A model generated the notes under the pieces. It worked only from the letters and a program-made list of their open reading frames with translations, was not told the DNA's origin and did no database searches. Shown here piece by piece: positions 34,121 to 49,095 of a stretch of DNA of 64,000 bases. How positions within the stretch are numbered: the first letter of the stretch is position 1; each line of letters begins with the position of its first letter. Location: NCBI RefSeq assembly GCF_009914755.1, contig NC_060927.1; one strand, given 5' to 3'. The stretch comes from the human T2T-CHM13v2.0 reference genome, Homo sapiens. Both the position numbers and the translations under genes were made by a program.

Positions 34121-35035
34121 TTACAAGGCAGTTATTTTCCTAGAGTGTTACATATCAAGGAAAGTTGAGCTGTCTGTAGGAAAACAATATAATTTTAGGA
34201 AATTACAGAAGAGTCAACATTGTGCTTAAAACTTTAAAATAGTTTTTAAAAATAGCAGAGTAAGTGAATATTGCCAGGTATGAACAGCCTTAAAAAGTGA
34301 GGTGGACACAACGATATAGAAGCTCAATATTAAAGCCGCTAGTGATAAGTCGCTTTGAGAAGTGTTCAGGCTACTAAGAGAACACTGCTTCAACCTTAAT
34401 CGAAAAAAGAAGTCATAGCACTAACTGAAACATGGCCTTTTCCTAGAACAGCTAACTCTCAGTTATCTACAGTAATGAAAAAGAGCAGTGACAATTTTTA
34501 AATGGTGAATAATTCCAAAATTAATGTTGAGAAGTGCCCTATTTCTGTGTTGATGTGAGAGACACTGATATCCGGGAACTTACAGCACTGACCACGTGTG
34601 TGGAACTCCCACTGGCTTCCCCCTTCTTCCCTCCTCCTCAGTGGGAGAGGACAAAATCGTACTACTGAAAAGCCTAAAATATAACTGGCCTCCTCAGTTC
34701 TGGTTCACACCTCCTCTGGAGAAGGGGACAGAAGAGAAAACTGTTAAAACTTTGTTTTCCTCATGTAAAAAAGCCAGAACGTGACCATAAAATTTTGCAA
34801 ACAAGATGTGGGAATATTAAGAGCTGACTGTAGAAATATTTTAACTTGTGCTTTTTCTCCTGCCCAGTAGTATCTGTACCACTAAACTTAGATCTATGGA
34901 CAGCTTTATAAATTATCCAGGTGCACCTATTACCCAAGTCAAGAATTAAATTAGCATAAAAGGGGTTTGTTATCGGTCCCAAAATACTTGTGATGGTTCA
35001 AATAGACCAAGAAGTGGAGGATTAGAAGTAAAGCC

Positions 35036-35340
35036 GGCCGGGCGTGGTGGTTCACGCCTGCAATCCCAGCACTTTGGGAAGCCGAGGAGGGTGGATCACG
35101 AGGTCATGAGATCAAGACCATCCTGGCTAACACGGTGAAACCCCGTTTCTACTAAAAATACAAAAAATTAGCGAGGCATGGTGGCGGGCACCTATAGTCC
35201 CAGCTACTCAGGAGGCTGAGGCAGGAGAATGGCATGAACCTGGGAGGCAGAGCTGGCAGTGAGCCGAGATCGCGCCACTGCACTCCAGCCTGGGTGAAGG
35301 AGCGAGACTCTGTCTCAAAAAAAAAAAAAAAAAAAAAAAA
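35036..35340 (+). mobile_element. AluY-like in the C3orf70 3'UTR (antisense to the mRNA)
   Basis: accatcctggctaacacgg; long A tail; TSD aagtaaagcc. Confidence 0.95.
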
Positions 35341-37171
35341 GTAAAGCCACCACTCCCAAGATAGAATCAAATCCAAAAAGTATTTCAGGAAAGCAACTAC
35401 GTTGTTTTGTTCTGCTCTTGGTGCTTTTGTTTTTGTTTTATTTTGTATTGTATGACCTTGAATTACAAGTCTTCCCCTCCCAGGAAAGGACTGTTCTTCA
35501 GGGCTGTCCTCAGATTCTTATTTCATATCTTAAAAATGACATAGTAAAAAAGACCTAGATGTGATAGTAAACCCTTATTTTTTAATATACCAAACAGTTG
35601 TAACCACAAAAGCACTGTAATCATCATTTCTTGGAAAAGTTATAAGCATATTTGAAACTTGAAACTTCTAAAATCTTGGTTAGAGAAGAAAACTAAATTC
35701 TACATTTAGTGGAATTAAGCTTCTACCTAATAGCTTTTATACCAACTTTCCAAAAGTAGGAGTGGTACCAGGTTTCCATGTAAACCCAAGAAAGCAGTTT
35801 ATCCATCCACACAGCCCAACCCTTGCTCCAATGAGCATATTACTGGGTCCAAAGTATACAGCTTTCATATCTGTCAGTCAGTGTGCAAGTGTTAACCACT
35901 TCATGTGACTGAGTTCAATGTTATAGTGCATGTTGCAGTCTAAACATTTTCTAAAGTGCCTGTAAGTACACAAATTAGCAACATAGTATCAGCGTTACAG
36001 AGAATTCCTTCACATAATATAGAACAGGCCTAGAATTTAAAGTGAAACTACAATCTGTTTCAGTTGGTTTTGGAATGCAAGCATAAAGAAACAATTCCAG
36101 TTCAATAACATATTTCAGAGTGTTATCAACAGTGCTAGGACAAAAATAAATCTTGTGCTTATTTAGAAAAGGTCATTTTGAGATCCAGGAGTGTCTGATG
36201 CTTAGAATCCAATGGAATGTCTCTAATTCTATATAGTAGATAGTAGCAAGTGAAGCTTAGCGAGTTTTTAATTATAAAGAGATTGTGCAAATACATAAGG
36301 TGATTATCAACTATCATTAAATCCAAAAATTCCATTAAAATTGTGTCTAATCAGAATGGCAGTTCAGGAGTCTAAAAAAACAGGAACCTAGACAGAAGTC
36401 TTAGATGGTACTGAGAGACGGCCCAAGCCTGCCACTGAGCCAGCTGCAGAAATGTGGCCCCGTGACCACGTATATCCATGGCTTTAGAAATCTGGTTGAC
36501 TCCATTGGCTTAGTGGTGGGAATGTGGGCCTGTACGGAACATTGACAGGAACGGTGTAGAGGAGAAAGCCCCTTTATACGCCCATCTGGAGAACGGGCTC
36601 ACCCACAGGGTGAATCTAGACAGGGCCCTGGTGTTGCTGTTACAAACCTGAGTGCGTGATGCATGACTGCACTGCTGTGGCCTGACACACGGCTTGCAGG
36701 CATTTGGCTTCCACACCTGCCTTCAGTGAGCCACTCATGCACGGGAGGCACCGAGAACCTCGGGCAGGGTTCATCAGATGTCCCTGTGCCACCTGAGCCA
36801 TGCCCTGGCAGGGGGCAGCTCCTCATGCTCACACCTGCCTCCAACTGCCCTCTCCTGGGCCTTTCCTAGAGCTCCTCTGACCCCCTTCTCGGTTTGTCTT
36901 GTTGAATCTTTAAATTTCAGTAAGTGGAGACTTTATGCCGCATTCTCATTTAGCATAGAAAGTTTTAACTCATACTGTTTGCAAAGGAAAATGTATACTC
37001 TGCCTTCTAAACCATATAGATGTCTTGGCCATCTAAACCTAAAAAAAAGTTCTATCTAGTAAACGACTTAAATTATACATACAACTGGGAAAGCAAATTC
37101 TTCCTTGAGTAGTTTGTGAATGATGCCAAATGGAGGCTTCAGGGGAGAACACAACTTTTTCTTACAAATCC

Positions 37172-37463
<292 letters not shown>

Positions 37464-39042
37464 TTAATGTGACGTAGAGATGTACCATAATGGTGCCAGA
37501 GCACAAGGGAATCTCAGAGCACAATGGCCTGAGAGCGCGCTTCTGGATAGTTAGGATGGAAGTACTGTTCTGTCTCCAACTCTGATGTTCTCATTAGGCC
37601 ATACTTAAAATTTCCAGGATTTGAAACTATGCCTCATGGATAGAAGGTTTGGAGAAATAGCAGTTAACTGACTCACAAGAATACCTGGTATAAATGGAGA
37701 GTAGAAGTAGAATTCTGAAGAGAGCTAAATAAGAAAGAATTAGTCACTATTTTGTGCATGTGAGGGGAGAGAACACATACAACAGACAGACTGTGTGGGA
37801 AAGTGAATGGCTATTACACTGGATATTTTCTCCTGACTTAGCAGCAAACTATTTCAACTGCTTTTGCAGCTGCATAAAAATCCATGCATCACACTGAATT
37901 CTAATCCATTCCTCACTTAAACCATACGAATGCTTCATACAACCAAATGAAGCAGAATTAATCAAACCTATTAGATTCAGTCCTAATCCCTAAAGGGCTT
38001 CTGTCTGTAGCATTTCCATGCTAACTAAAACTATTAATTTATTTTTTTTCCTTAAGATGTCAGATGTGGCTGCCACCTAAATGTGATACCTATATAACTT
38101 CCTAAGAGTTTTTCCCAGACTTGAAGAACAATTAAAAGCAGAAAAATGTTGGGGAACCCACCAAGAAGCCAGCTCAAATGCTGAAACACATTCCCCAGCT
38201 AGCCCCAGCCAAGTAAACCTCATCCTTCCCCTGGGTTCCCAGAGCTTTTTGGGTGCCATGAGTTGAATGTGTCATATATAGGACTGTGGGCCCCTTCATG
38301 GTGGGAATCAGGTCTTATTCATGCTGTGTCCCCACAGCCCCCTGCAGGGGACAGGTGCTCAGCTAAGGCTGGATTGAGCATGAGACAGATGAGGTCATCT
38401 CTTCTCATGTGAATGTTTAGCTCAGCCCCAGTCACGGAGCCTTGTACAGACACTGGCCACAAACCATGGGCTGAGCTGGCCTCCAGTGACCTCCCAGAAG
38501 TAAGCCGAGGCAGCTCTGATCCAGACCCAGTGCAGGTGTGGGGAGAAGGGGAAGGGAAGAAACGGCATCTACCAGTGCACACTCAGTAGGGAGTGCTACT
38601 TGCGTAGGACAAGCAGGACAGGACGGGAGTGCCTGTGAACATGCCAAAGGGAATGGCAAGAGTCTCTGTGAAGGACTGGCTACCGAGAAAACACCGGCTC
38701 CTTCCCTTTCGGTACCTCCTCAATCTGATCCAAGATTCTCTGCGACCATCACTTCACCGCCTTCAAATCTCCCAGTGAAATTAAGGCGGGGTCACAATTC
38801 ATGACACCAGATGCTACATAGAAAGTAAGTCAGGATACAAAAGAAAACTGTTTATAATAAAAAGAATGTCTTAGTTGTAAGACGGAGAGAAGCTAATCAG
38901 CATACCACTGAACTGCTACGGTTGTTGGTTGGAGCGGGGCGGGGTGGGTAGAAAATATCAACAGCATTGGAAAAAAGGATCCACCAGACAAAGGTACAAA
39001 AGCTCGGCGTGGGTCCGAGGCTGTGGCTTCCTGTCTGGACTC

Positions 39043-39599
39043 TCACACAGTCGTTTCTATCGTTTCAATCACTTCCAGGTCAGACTGCGAGGGGGAGAGA
39101 AGGGTGCACTCATCCGGTTCCCAGCTGCTCTCTGGACTGTAATCTTCCTCTGAACTCAGTTCTGCTCCTTCTTCTGTGTCCTCGTCACACGATTCCACAT
39201 AGTGAGCCCCAATCGCATTGATCCCAGAGTCCTCAGAACTTGAGGGAGAAGAGCAGTGATCTATTTTTGGTGTATTGCTCTCTTTTGAAATTAAGGCATC
39301 GTGTGCAGAGACCTCCTCAGGGCTCATTCTGTGGGAATGTGGTGCCGGCTGCTTCTGCACATAACACATCTTCCCATTAATACATTTAACCTGATAGTTG
39401 TCAATAAAAAGGTCTGAAATCATACAGTACCTCGGTGAGTCAGGGGGAAGGGGAGGCTGGAAGACAGATGCAAATTTCAAAAAGTGTTCGGTGAGCGAGA
39501 CTGAGATCTGAATGGTGTTTGTGGGTTCCCGAGGCCTGGCAGGAATCTCAGTGCTTGGAAGCTGTTCCACAGGGGTCATAGGCTGATACATGTATTTGC
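39043..39599 (-). CDS. C3orf70: C3orf70 (UPF0524) terminal coding exon, (C)KYMYQPMTPVEQ...EVIETIETTV*
   Basis: Acceptor tgtgtcttcacag|GC (phase 1); open frame with acidic Ser-rich tail to TGA; peptide recognised from memory as C3orf70; upstream exon is outside the window. Confidence 0.93.
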
Positions 39600-39963
39600 C
39601 TGTGAAGACACAAAAAGACACTTGAAATCTATATTACACAAACTATATTAACATGGCCATAATGGTTTCTGAGGACTCAATGTCTTTAAAAATATTTCAG
39701 TAACACCTCAAAAGAAACTAGTAATAAAATCATTCAACATTGGTATAGTCAATGAAAAAGTCAGCATGGTATATAATAATTTTCATCTAAAAGACTCAAT
39801 CGACTTTCTAAATCTCAATTTATATTTGTGTCTTTCTGATATCTCTGAAGTAGGTGGATAGACACTATAATCCTTATTTTACAGACAACTTTAAGTAATT
39901 TACTCATTATACTAGAACAAAAAAGGTCCACAATATAGCATGGTAAAAAATACAAGTTGTACA

Positions 39964-40229
39964 GCCGGGCGCAGTGGTTCACGCCTGTAATGTGCAGATC
40001 ACTTTAGGTCAGGAGTTCCAGACTAGCCTGGCCAACGTGGCAAAACCCTGTCTCTACTAAAAACACAAAACGTAGCTGGGCATGGTGGCACACGCCTGTA
40101 ATCCCAGTTACTCGGGAGGCTGAGGCACGAGAATCCCTTGATCCAGAAGCGGAGGTTGCAGTGAGCCGAGATCGTGCCACTGCACTCCAGCCTGGGCGAC
40201 AGAGTGAGACCCTGTCTCAAAAAAAAAAA
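39964..40229 (+). mobile_element. AluS with left-arm deletion
   Basis: cctgtaat|gtgcagatcac lacks cccagcactttgggaggc; TSD about caagttgta. Confidence 0.92.
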
Positions 40230-40983
40230 CAACCAAGTTGTAAAACAGTATAATGTACTGTAAAATTATAATTCCATGTTTATCTCTAATAATGTTTGTG
40301 TTAATGTATATATTTTTCCAGTTTTTAAATGTATGTAAGTTTATCATCAGAATTATGGGAGATTTTCACTTTCCAGGTGTCTATGTTCTAATTATAAGAT
40401 ACATACACCTACATATTTATTTAATAGGTAGTGGCCCACTGGATTGTCCCGGCCACCCTCAATGACTGGGGTAAAGTTTAGGGTGGGAAATGGTTTCTCT
40501 GAGGACCAAAGCTCATCAGTGGCCTAATCAGGAGGTGTCTCCCCCGCACCCCTCCCCGACACCAATTCCACTGGCACTAAGCGACCTAAGCCAAGCAGAA
40601 GCAAAGGGCAAACACACAGAGGGATGCAGAGGACACCCTGCTGGATGTTTCTAGGAAGCCCACAAGCTTATCTCCAAGCCTTCCTCTCTGCTCTGAGCCC
40701 TCAACTGTTTCCCACATAGTTGACATGGAAGTAAAACCTAAATGGATTTGGTCCTCATCCCATTTTTCATTCAACATCTAGCAAAGCCTCCCACACGCTA
40801 AGGAAATAGGGCTGAAAATATCCAATCTGTAAGTCTAAAGTGATTTCAAAACAAAAAGCTAAAGCAGAGATGGGGGGTCCTAAAAATCCCAGAGACAAGT
40901 AGCCACAATTGTGGGCATCATTTTGAATTTTTCCTAATTTAGCCAATTTATCGGTTCATGTTGTATCTTCTGCACATTGTTGA

Positions 40984-41165
40984 CAGGGCTTTTAACCTTA
41001 GCACTACCTGCATTTTGGACCAGATAATTCTTCATCGTGGTGGGGAGGGGTGCTGTCTATCCTAGGCAGCATCCTCGGCCTCTCCCCACTAGATGCCAGT
41101 AGCAGCTCCTTCTCAAATGAGACAAATTCCCCAACGGGTGAAATCACCCTGATTAAGAACCAGTG
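40984..41165 (-). mobile_element. MER20 (hAT-Charlie) DNA transposon
   Basis: ggaccagataattctt, gcagcatcc-ggcctct-cccactagatgccagtagca, aagaaccagtg match the reverse MER20 consensus. Confidence 0.85.
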
Positions 41166-42349
41166 ATTTATGGTATCTTCATGAGCATCTTTTTGCAGGC
41201 GAATTACTCATGTGTATGGTACTTGCTCCTGTTTATTTCTTTGTCAGACTGGAAATCCTAGGACAGGAATCACATTTGTAAGGAAAACTAGCTTAGGTTT
41301 TATAATGTTAATGATGCCACAGGAGAGTAGCAATTTCAGATTAGAAATGAAGTAGTAAAGAGGCCACAAATCATGCAACATCAGTAATCTCTTAAGATCA
41401 ATCAAGCCTGCTTATATTTTTTGTTTTTTGACTCCTGCACAAAAAAGCCACTCAGGTACCACAATTTCTTTATAACCAAATTACTCTAAAAAGACCTTCA
41501 TTTTCATCCTGGGGTACCATATGAAAAAAGTACATTTAAAGTCGTTAAGCCTCTGGGTTCCCAGGGTGCTTCCAAGCCTGGACGTACCTCATGCAAACCC
41601 CACAGTCTGATAAAAACGCATTGAGAAGAACCCAGTCACACCTGCCTGGGGGAACTATGTTTAAAATATACCAGGCGTCTTCATTTCTCCAGCTCTTTAA
41701 AAGGTAATTACTACTTGTCAGGCAGAGTTAAAATCAGGTCAGATGTAAGAGGTGGTATGGTAGGACCTCTGCCCCTAAGCACTGTGGACACTATCGGCTG
41801 AAGGGCTAAAGAAGGCTGACCTTTAAGCCTCCCTCCAGACCCTCCAGCCCCAGGATTAGAGCAATGTATGGGCACGGGATAGAGAACGGACTTAGAGAAC
41901 CTGGGGAACTACTCTTCTGTCCACAGAGTGGTAAATAAAACGCGGAATGAAGGTTTCGTCTTTTTCATTCTTGGCTGGTAGTTACTGAGCTCAGGAGGCT
42001 GTGGAAGGCAGGCAGTCAAGATGTGCTTGTTGTATATGCTGATTAGGTTCATCCTGCCCTAAGTAACCTGTGGTTTAGTTATCCACTGTCACAGCCACAG
42101 GAGGATCCTCGTAGTTGATTCATGCCTTCCAGAACCATCCTCAGATCCAGAGGGAACAAGGCTTTATTTGTCCAAAGATAGAGGGAAAAGGTGAAGCCCG
42201 GCTTTGGGACTTTCCTCACTCCATCTCTTTTTTTTTCCTTCCCCTCCTTTATGCTTCTTCATAATTTCTTTGCTTTCTTTCCTCTTGGTTCTACTCTTTC
42301 TCTGGTCCCCACTCATCCAAAGCTCTGTTTTTCTTTCTTGAAAGTGTAG

Positions 42350-42701
42350 TGCTGTGGACTGAATGTTTGTATCCCCACGAACTTCATGTTGAAACCCTAA
42401 TCCCCAGTGTGATGGTATTTGGGGGTGAGGCCTTGGAGGAGTACTTAGGTTTAGATGAGGTTTAGAAGGTGGAGGCTCTAATCATTGGTTTAGTGCCCTA
42501 TGAGAAGAGGAAGAGACCAGATCCCTTTCTCCTCTATGTGAGGGTACAGCATCTGCAAACCAGGATGAGCGTCCTCATCAGACACTGACTTCTGCCTCAC
42601 TCTTAGAATTCTCAGCTTCTAGACTGTGAGAAATACACGTTTGTTGTTTAAGCCACCCAGTCTGTGGTATTTTATTATAGCAGCCCAAACTGACCAGGAC
42701 A
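42350..42701 (+). mobile_element. MLT1A-like solo LTR
   Basis: tgctgtggactgaatgtttgt...aagccacccagtctgtggtattt...ggaca; perfect TSD tgtag. Confidence 0.88.
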
Positions 42702-43329
42702 TGTAGTAAGAGAGAAATGCAGCTGGGTGAGGAAGATGTGAACCAGATTCCACTTCTTTCTACAAGGTACGTCTATTAAATGTGTTTACTCAGAGCGAGG
42801 GTGAGAGCCTATTATCTGGTGATATGGGGATGCAAAGAAAGAGAGGAGGAAAATAGTAAAGATGGCCACATAAAAAAACAACCTTTAGTAATCACCTTTG
42901 AAATATCAATCATTACATAATACTATATTGTTTATAAACACAGAAATAATTAAACTCAAAGATATAGTTTTATAGGGCTGTGAAGGGTTAGTGCTTTGCT
43001 CCAGTCCCTGATAACTTATATCCCTGGGGTATCCTAGGCCGAGAATCCATGTTCACATAGCTCCGAGGCACTGCAAGATCCTGAATTATCAGATTCAATT
43101 ATGTTTACTATGAGAATAAAATGAACACACTTCTTCAACAGCAAGGATTGAAACGGGTTTCTGGCGATTTAGCCAAGAAATTCAATAACCACTATATTCT
43201 CTGAACAATCGTAATTAAGGGTTTACTGTGTTAAAGAATAAATGGATGAGAACTTTTAAAACCTAAAGCTCTAAAAGGAAAAGATACTCAGAGTGAGGGC
43301 TCAGAGAAAAAGAGAGCAAAAGGAGCATC

Positions 43330-43870
43330 AGTTTGATCCAGCAATTCCACTTTTGGGTACACACCCAAAAGAATGGAAAGCAGAGTCTCAGGGATATTTG
43401 AATATCCATGTTCACAGCAGCATCACTGGCAATATGCAAAAGCTGGAAGCAACACAAGTGTCCATGATGGATGAACAGATAAACAAGAGGTCATATACAC
43501 GTAAAATATATTAGCCTTTAAAAGGAAGGAAATCCTGACCCATGCTACAACTAGATGAACCTTGAGGACACTATGCTAAGGGAAATAAGCCTGTCACAGT
43601 AAGACAAATACTCTGATTCCACTTGCTTGATGTATCTAAAGTAGTCAACTCATAGAAACCGAAAGCAAGAGTGGTGTTTGCCAGGGACTGGGCATACGGG
43701 GGGATGGGGAGTTGTTGTTTAATGGGTAGAGTTTGAGTTTTACAAGATGAAAAGAGATGTGGAGATGGATGGTAGTGATGGTTGCACAATATAAATGGAC
43801 TTAACACCACTGAACTGTACACTTAAAAATGGTTAAGATGGTAATTATGTATATTTTACCAAAATTTACC
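43330..43870 (+). mobile_element. L1MB-like 3' end
   Basis: tgatccagcaattccactt...atgaaccttgaggaca...tgaactgtacacttaaaaatggttaagatggtaa. Confidence 0.85.
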
Positions 43871-43873
43871 AAG

Positions 43874-43939
43874 AAAATGAGTGGCCTGAGGTAAACTGCA
43901 TGCATAGTTCAGTTCTTTGACTTTATGTATTTTAAATTA
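43874..43939 (+). repeat. ~65 bp direct repeat, copy 1 (copy 2 at 46587-46650)
   Basis: aaaatgagtggcctgaggtaaa(c/t)tgcatgca(t/c)agttcagttctttgactttat in both places. Confidence 0.93.
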
Positions 43940-43949
43940 GTTTTATACA

Positions 43950-44253
<304 letters not shown>

Positions 44254-44945
44254 TAAATTAGTATAATTCACTGTATTAACAGACTACAGGGAAAAAACCC
44301 ATATGATCTGGAATATTTAAAGAATTCTTGCCACTCCATAATGAGAAAACAACCCAATTTTCTTAAAAAGGGGTGTGGCTACATAAGAGTAAGACTGAGG
44401 TATCTTTACAGTGATGGAAATGTTCTGTATCTTGCCTGTATTCATGTCAACACCTTGGTTGTGACACTGTACTACTGTTTTGCAACTTAATTGCCATTGG
44501 GGGGAACTAGGCAAAGGGCACATGACGGCTCTGTATTTCTTAAAATTTTATATAAATCTATGATTTTTTTCAAAATGTATAATCTAAAACAACAGGGAAA
44601 TAATCACCATAGATGTGATGACACACCCTTTTTTGGTGTATTGTATTAGGAGGTACATGCTGTTGATAAACTTCGTTACAGGTGATGTTTATTAACTTTG
44701 TGGTGCCTGTCTAGGTTTCTCCATTATAAAGTTACTATTTTTCTCTTTGTAAGATATTTTAGGACTGTGCAAATATCCTGTTTGTCACCATACTTTCACC
44801 AATTTTAGCATGGATAGGTGGCTCTTGTCTGCAACAAATATTACTGTGGTGTTTGCCAAACTGATTTTTTTTAAACCACACACCATGATTCTTCAGATTT
44901 TCTATTTACGTCATTCCTTCTACATTTATTAATTGGAATTCTATG

Positions 44946-45185
44946 TGTGAAATTGAAGATACTGGGATGAAATCACATCTTGTCAGACCCAAACAAACTT
45001 AAGCCAGCAGAGCCTGAAGAGGGGAGGGTTTGTGCTATGTCTGAGATAAAGACTTGTCTCAAGGACTTTCTAAAATAACTCTAAGAGATTCTTTCTTTAG
45101 GACTGCAGCAATTCGGATAAGATGCCCACGAAAGAACACCTGCCCAGTAACGGCATCTCCACTGATAAACTGAGGCCAACTTGCG
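44946..45185 (+). mobile_element. LTR-like fragment, family unassigned
   Basis: Starts tgtga.. and interrupts an L1M fragment; composition resembles ERV1 LTRs. Confidence 0.35.
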
Positions 45186-46586
45186 TTATAATTCCCAAAT
45201 AAATTCAACATATTTGGAGACTTTTTTCCTCATTTTTTTTTTCTTGGTTGACACAAGCACCAAAAGCTGCTCCTTCTCCCTCATTTATTTATTTATTTAT
45301 TCAATTATTTATATAAGCATGGACCCACAGATATTTATTCTGTGTATTGCTACCTGTTACTATCATTTATTTTGTTACTTATATTGTTCCAGATTTAGCT
45401 CGGGACCTGTGTCCTTTCAACTATTCCCATCCTTGACTGAAGACTTCTTTACTTTCTGGCAGTAGAAGACATTACTCGTTTATTTGTACTTTATCTGCAG
45501 CCATTTCTCCAAGGAGCCCTAGTTCCTTTTATTAAGAACTTACACACATTCTTCAGATTGTTGTTAAAATACTCCTGTGAAGTGGAATCTTAGTTTGCTA
45601 ATGACTCATTCAAACCACTCTCAGAGCTCATCCATAGGAAAGTGAAGATAATACCTTATTATAGTATCCAGTACCCATTTTAAAAATAATATAAAAATAT
45701 CACAAACTCATTAACTTATCTTTAATCTTTTTAAAGGGAGCTGAAATCACTTTCTCAATAATGGAAGTGATCATACAACATGACTAACACAAAAACCAAC
45801 TGTGACCAGAAAATGAAAAATAAAATTTTTTGAGGGTGGAGGTACATGAATCAATACTGTCAGTTGTTTTTCAAAGGCCAATCAAACCACAAATAAGTAA
45901 CTTCCACTATTAAAGTTTTGATTCATAATATTTATGATGTTTTCCTTCTTTGCTGTTTGGCAATAATATGCCTTTTCACAATGCCTCAATGAAACACTAA
46001 CAAAGATTTATATTCTCATCCTGGCTCTTTGGTTGAAAAAAGAAACAAAGAGTTATTACATTCTCAAACTCTTATAACAAGATAGGAGTCAATTCTTAGA
46101 CTCAGCCTTGAGACAACCCTGTATTCTTTCCTCAGGAAGATACCCATTACTTAATGAGGTTTAGATCATGCTCTATTAGTTACCCTGTCATTCTCTGCCC
46201 TTAACTTCAGCTAACATTGCAATTTGCAGCACTGTATAATTACATAGCAGATATAATTCCTTGAAGATGTTTCTTTCTCTTGGTTGTAGAGCACAAAGGG
46301 AATGAAAAAGAAAAAATAAACCCAAACAAATATAGAAAATAAAATAAATGTATAAGCCCTGCTAAGCTACTGTGTGTACCTTGCTCAACTATTTGATCAG
46401 TTGTACGCTTTGATTCTTAAAAAGCTCCTTTGGGGGGAAAATGAGCTTTTTGCTTTTGCAGATAGTTTTATGGTTGTTAAATGTGTGTCCTCCTTGACAC
46501 AAGAAGTATACTGCTCTCAGGGAATGCGAAGTAATTTAAATATTTGTGCAAGCAAAATATAATTAGAAAGGTAAATCTACTGAAAA

Positions 46587-46650
46587 AAAATGAGTGGCCT
46601 GAGGTAAATTGCATGCACAGTTCAGTTCTTTGACTTTATATTTTGAATTA
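46587..46650 (+). repeat. ~65 bp direct repeat, copy 2
   Basis: Matches 43874-43939. Confidence 0.93.
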
Positions 46651-47671
46651 TAATTATGTTTATTTTATTCCCAAGGGCATTCATTATTTTGAAAGTAATG
46701 TTAAATATTCTAATTTAGAAATTTCTGGAAGGTTCATTTTTCACTGAATAGCATATCACAAACCAAAAGCAAATGAACTTAGTATTTATTATAGCCAATA
46801 TTTTTTGTGGCCTGGCCCTTCATTCTGCCCCACTGGCAGTCAATACACCAATATTTTTGTACTTTGAGCTGTGAGGACGCTAAAGTTTGCATATTTCCCA
46901 ACAAGCTGAAATTCTCAATCAGAAATATATGCAAGATCCTAGTTCCTTCATTTTAAAATTGCATGTATAACTTCTTTAGTGTGGCGGAACATATTGTAAA
47001 GCAAATCTAGTGAGACAGACCACCAGACGCATGGCTTATTTACTCAGCTAGCAAATCCTTATTGCATATCTACCATGTTTATGCTACTAAGTCAGATGCT
47101 ATGGGGAAATAAGATGAAGTAGAGTATGTAGTCATGCTTCTATAGGAGCTTTCAGATAGATACAGAAGATAAGTAAAACAAGAGTTGAATAAGACTATAG
47201 GCATATATGCAAGGGCGTTCACCAGGCAGTGGAACAGGATTCCAAGTTTCATTGAAGGATTTTTATATGGATATTAGAAGACAGAGACCGGTATTGTAGC
47301 AAGCAGAATGGCTCCAATGTATCAGCTCTGCATTTGGGGTTAGACAGTCGATCAAAAGGGCAAAGGAGGATAAAGTTTCTGAGGAAGACTGAGGCTGGAT
47401 GGGGCTTGGAATGCTAAGCCAAGGGGTTCAGATTTGGGTAGCAGTGGTGAATGGCTACAGATTACTGAGGAAGCAAGTAATGACAAAAGGAGGGCTCTAA
47501 GAGAATGTGGTCTGGTAAATGTGTGCTGATGGACTGGAAAGAGAAGAGATGGGAGTTAAGAGGCTGCTACAGATTTTTAAGCATGAGGTTCTAAGTCCCA
47601 TGGCTTAGAAGAGGAGGAGACACATCTTGTGAAGGTGGCAGAGCCCAGGGGAGTTAGGACAAAGACTGTAG

Positions 47672-48109
<438 letters not shown>

Positions 48110-48708
48110 TGAAATTGTTTATCTCATATTTTCAGTTTCCTCTAGTAAAAGTGATTAATGATATCTACTTCAGAAGGTGGTTGAATGGTTAAACATGAAA
48201 ATGCTTTCAAAGCAGTAACTCAGTATCTGGTGCACTGTAAACATTCTGTTATTCTTGCTGCTTACAGAAGGCAAGGGCTGCCTGGAGGTGTCTCCAAGCC
48301 ACTCTAGAGCTTTTCTTGGCTGCATTTGGCCATCCCTGCCCAAGCCCAGGGCCCTCCCATTCCTGAGTTTCTGGTACCCAGCTTCCTGATTCAGTTGCTT
48401 CCATAAACTCCTCTCTGTCCAGATCTCTGCCACCTACCTCACCTCCCCCCAAACCCTAGAGTTTGCTTTCACTCTGTTTTTCAAACTAATATTTACTGAG
48501 CCTCAATTATATGCCAGGCACTGAGCTAGGTTCATGGGGTAAAAACAGCAGGCAAAACAGACAACCCTGTCCTCATGGAGCTTACACTCTAGGACAGTAT
48601 GCATACTTCAAATCTCACATGAAAAGATATAAATGATTAAAACCAATAAAAGTGATAGGCAAAAAGTGGTAAGAAAGTAAAGTCAGTGATTAGAAATTAT
48701 ATATTTGG

Positions 48709-49095
<387 letters not shown>

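Noticed and set aside
39214-39231. DSGINA as a beta-TrCP degron
   Set aside because: Lacks the second Ser/Thr of DSGxxS
39600-39621. ORF-track N-terminus MSFCVFTG of the 192 aa ORF
   Set aside because: Intronic polypyrimidine tract; the exon starts after the AG at 39601-39600
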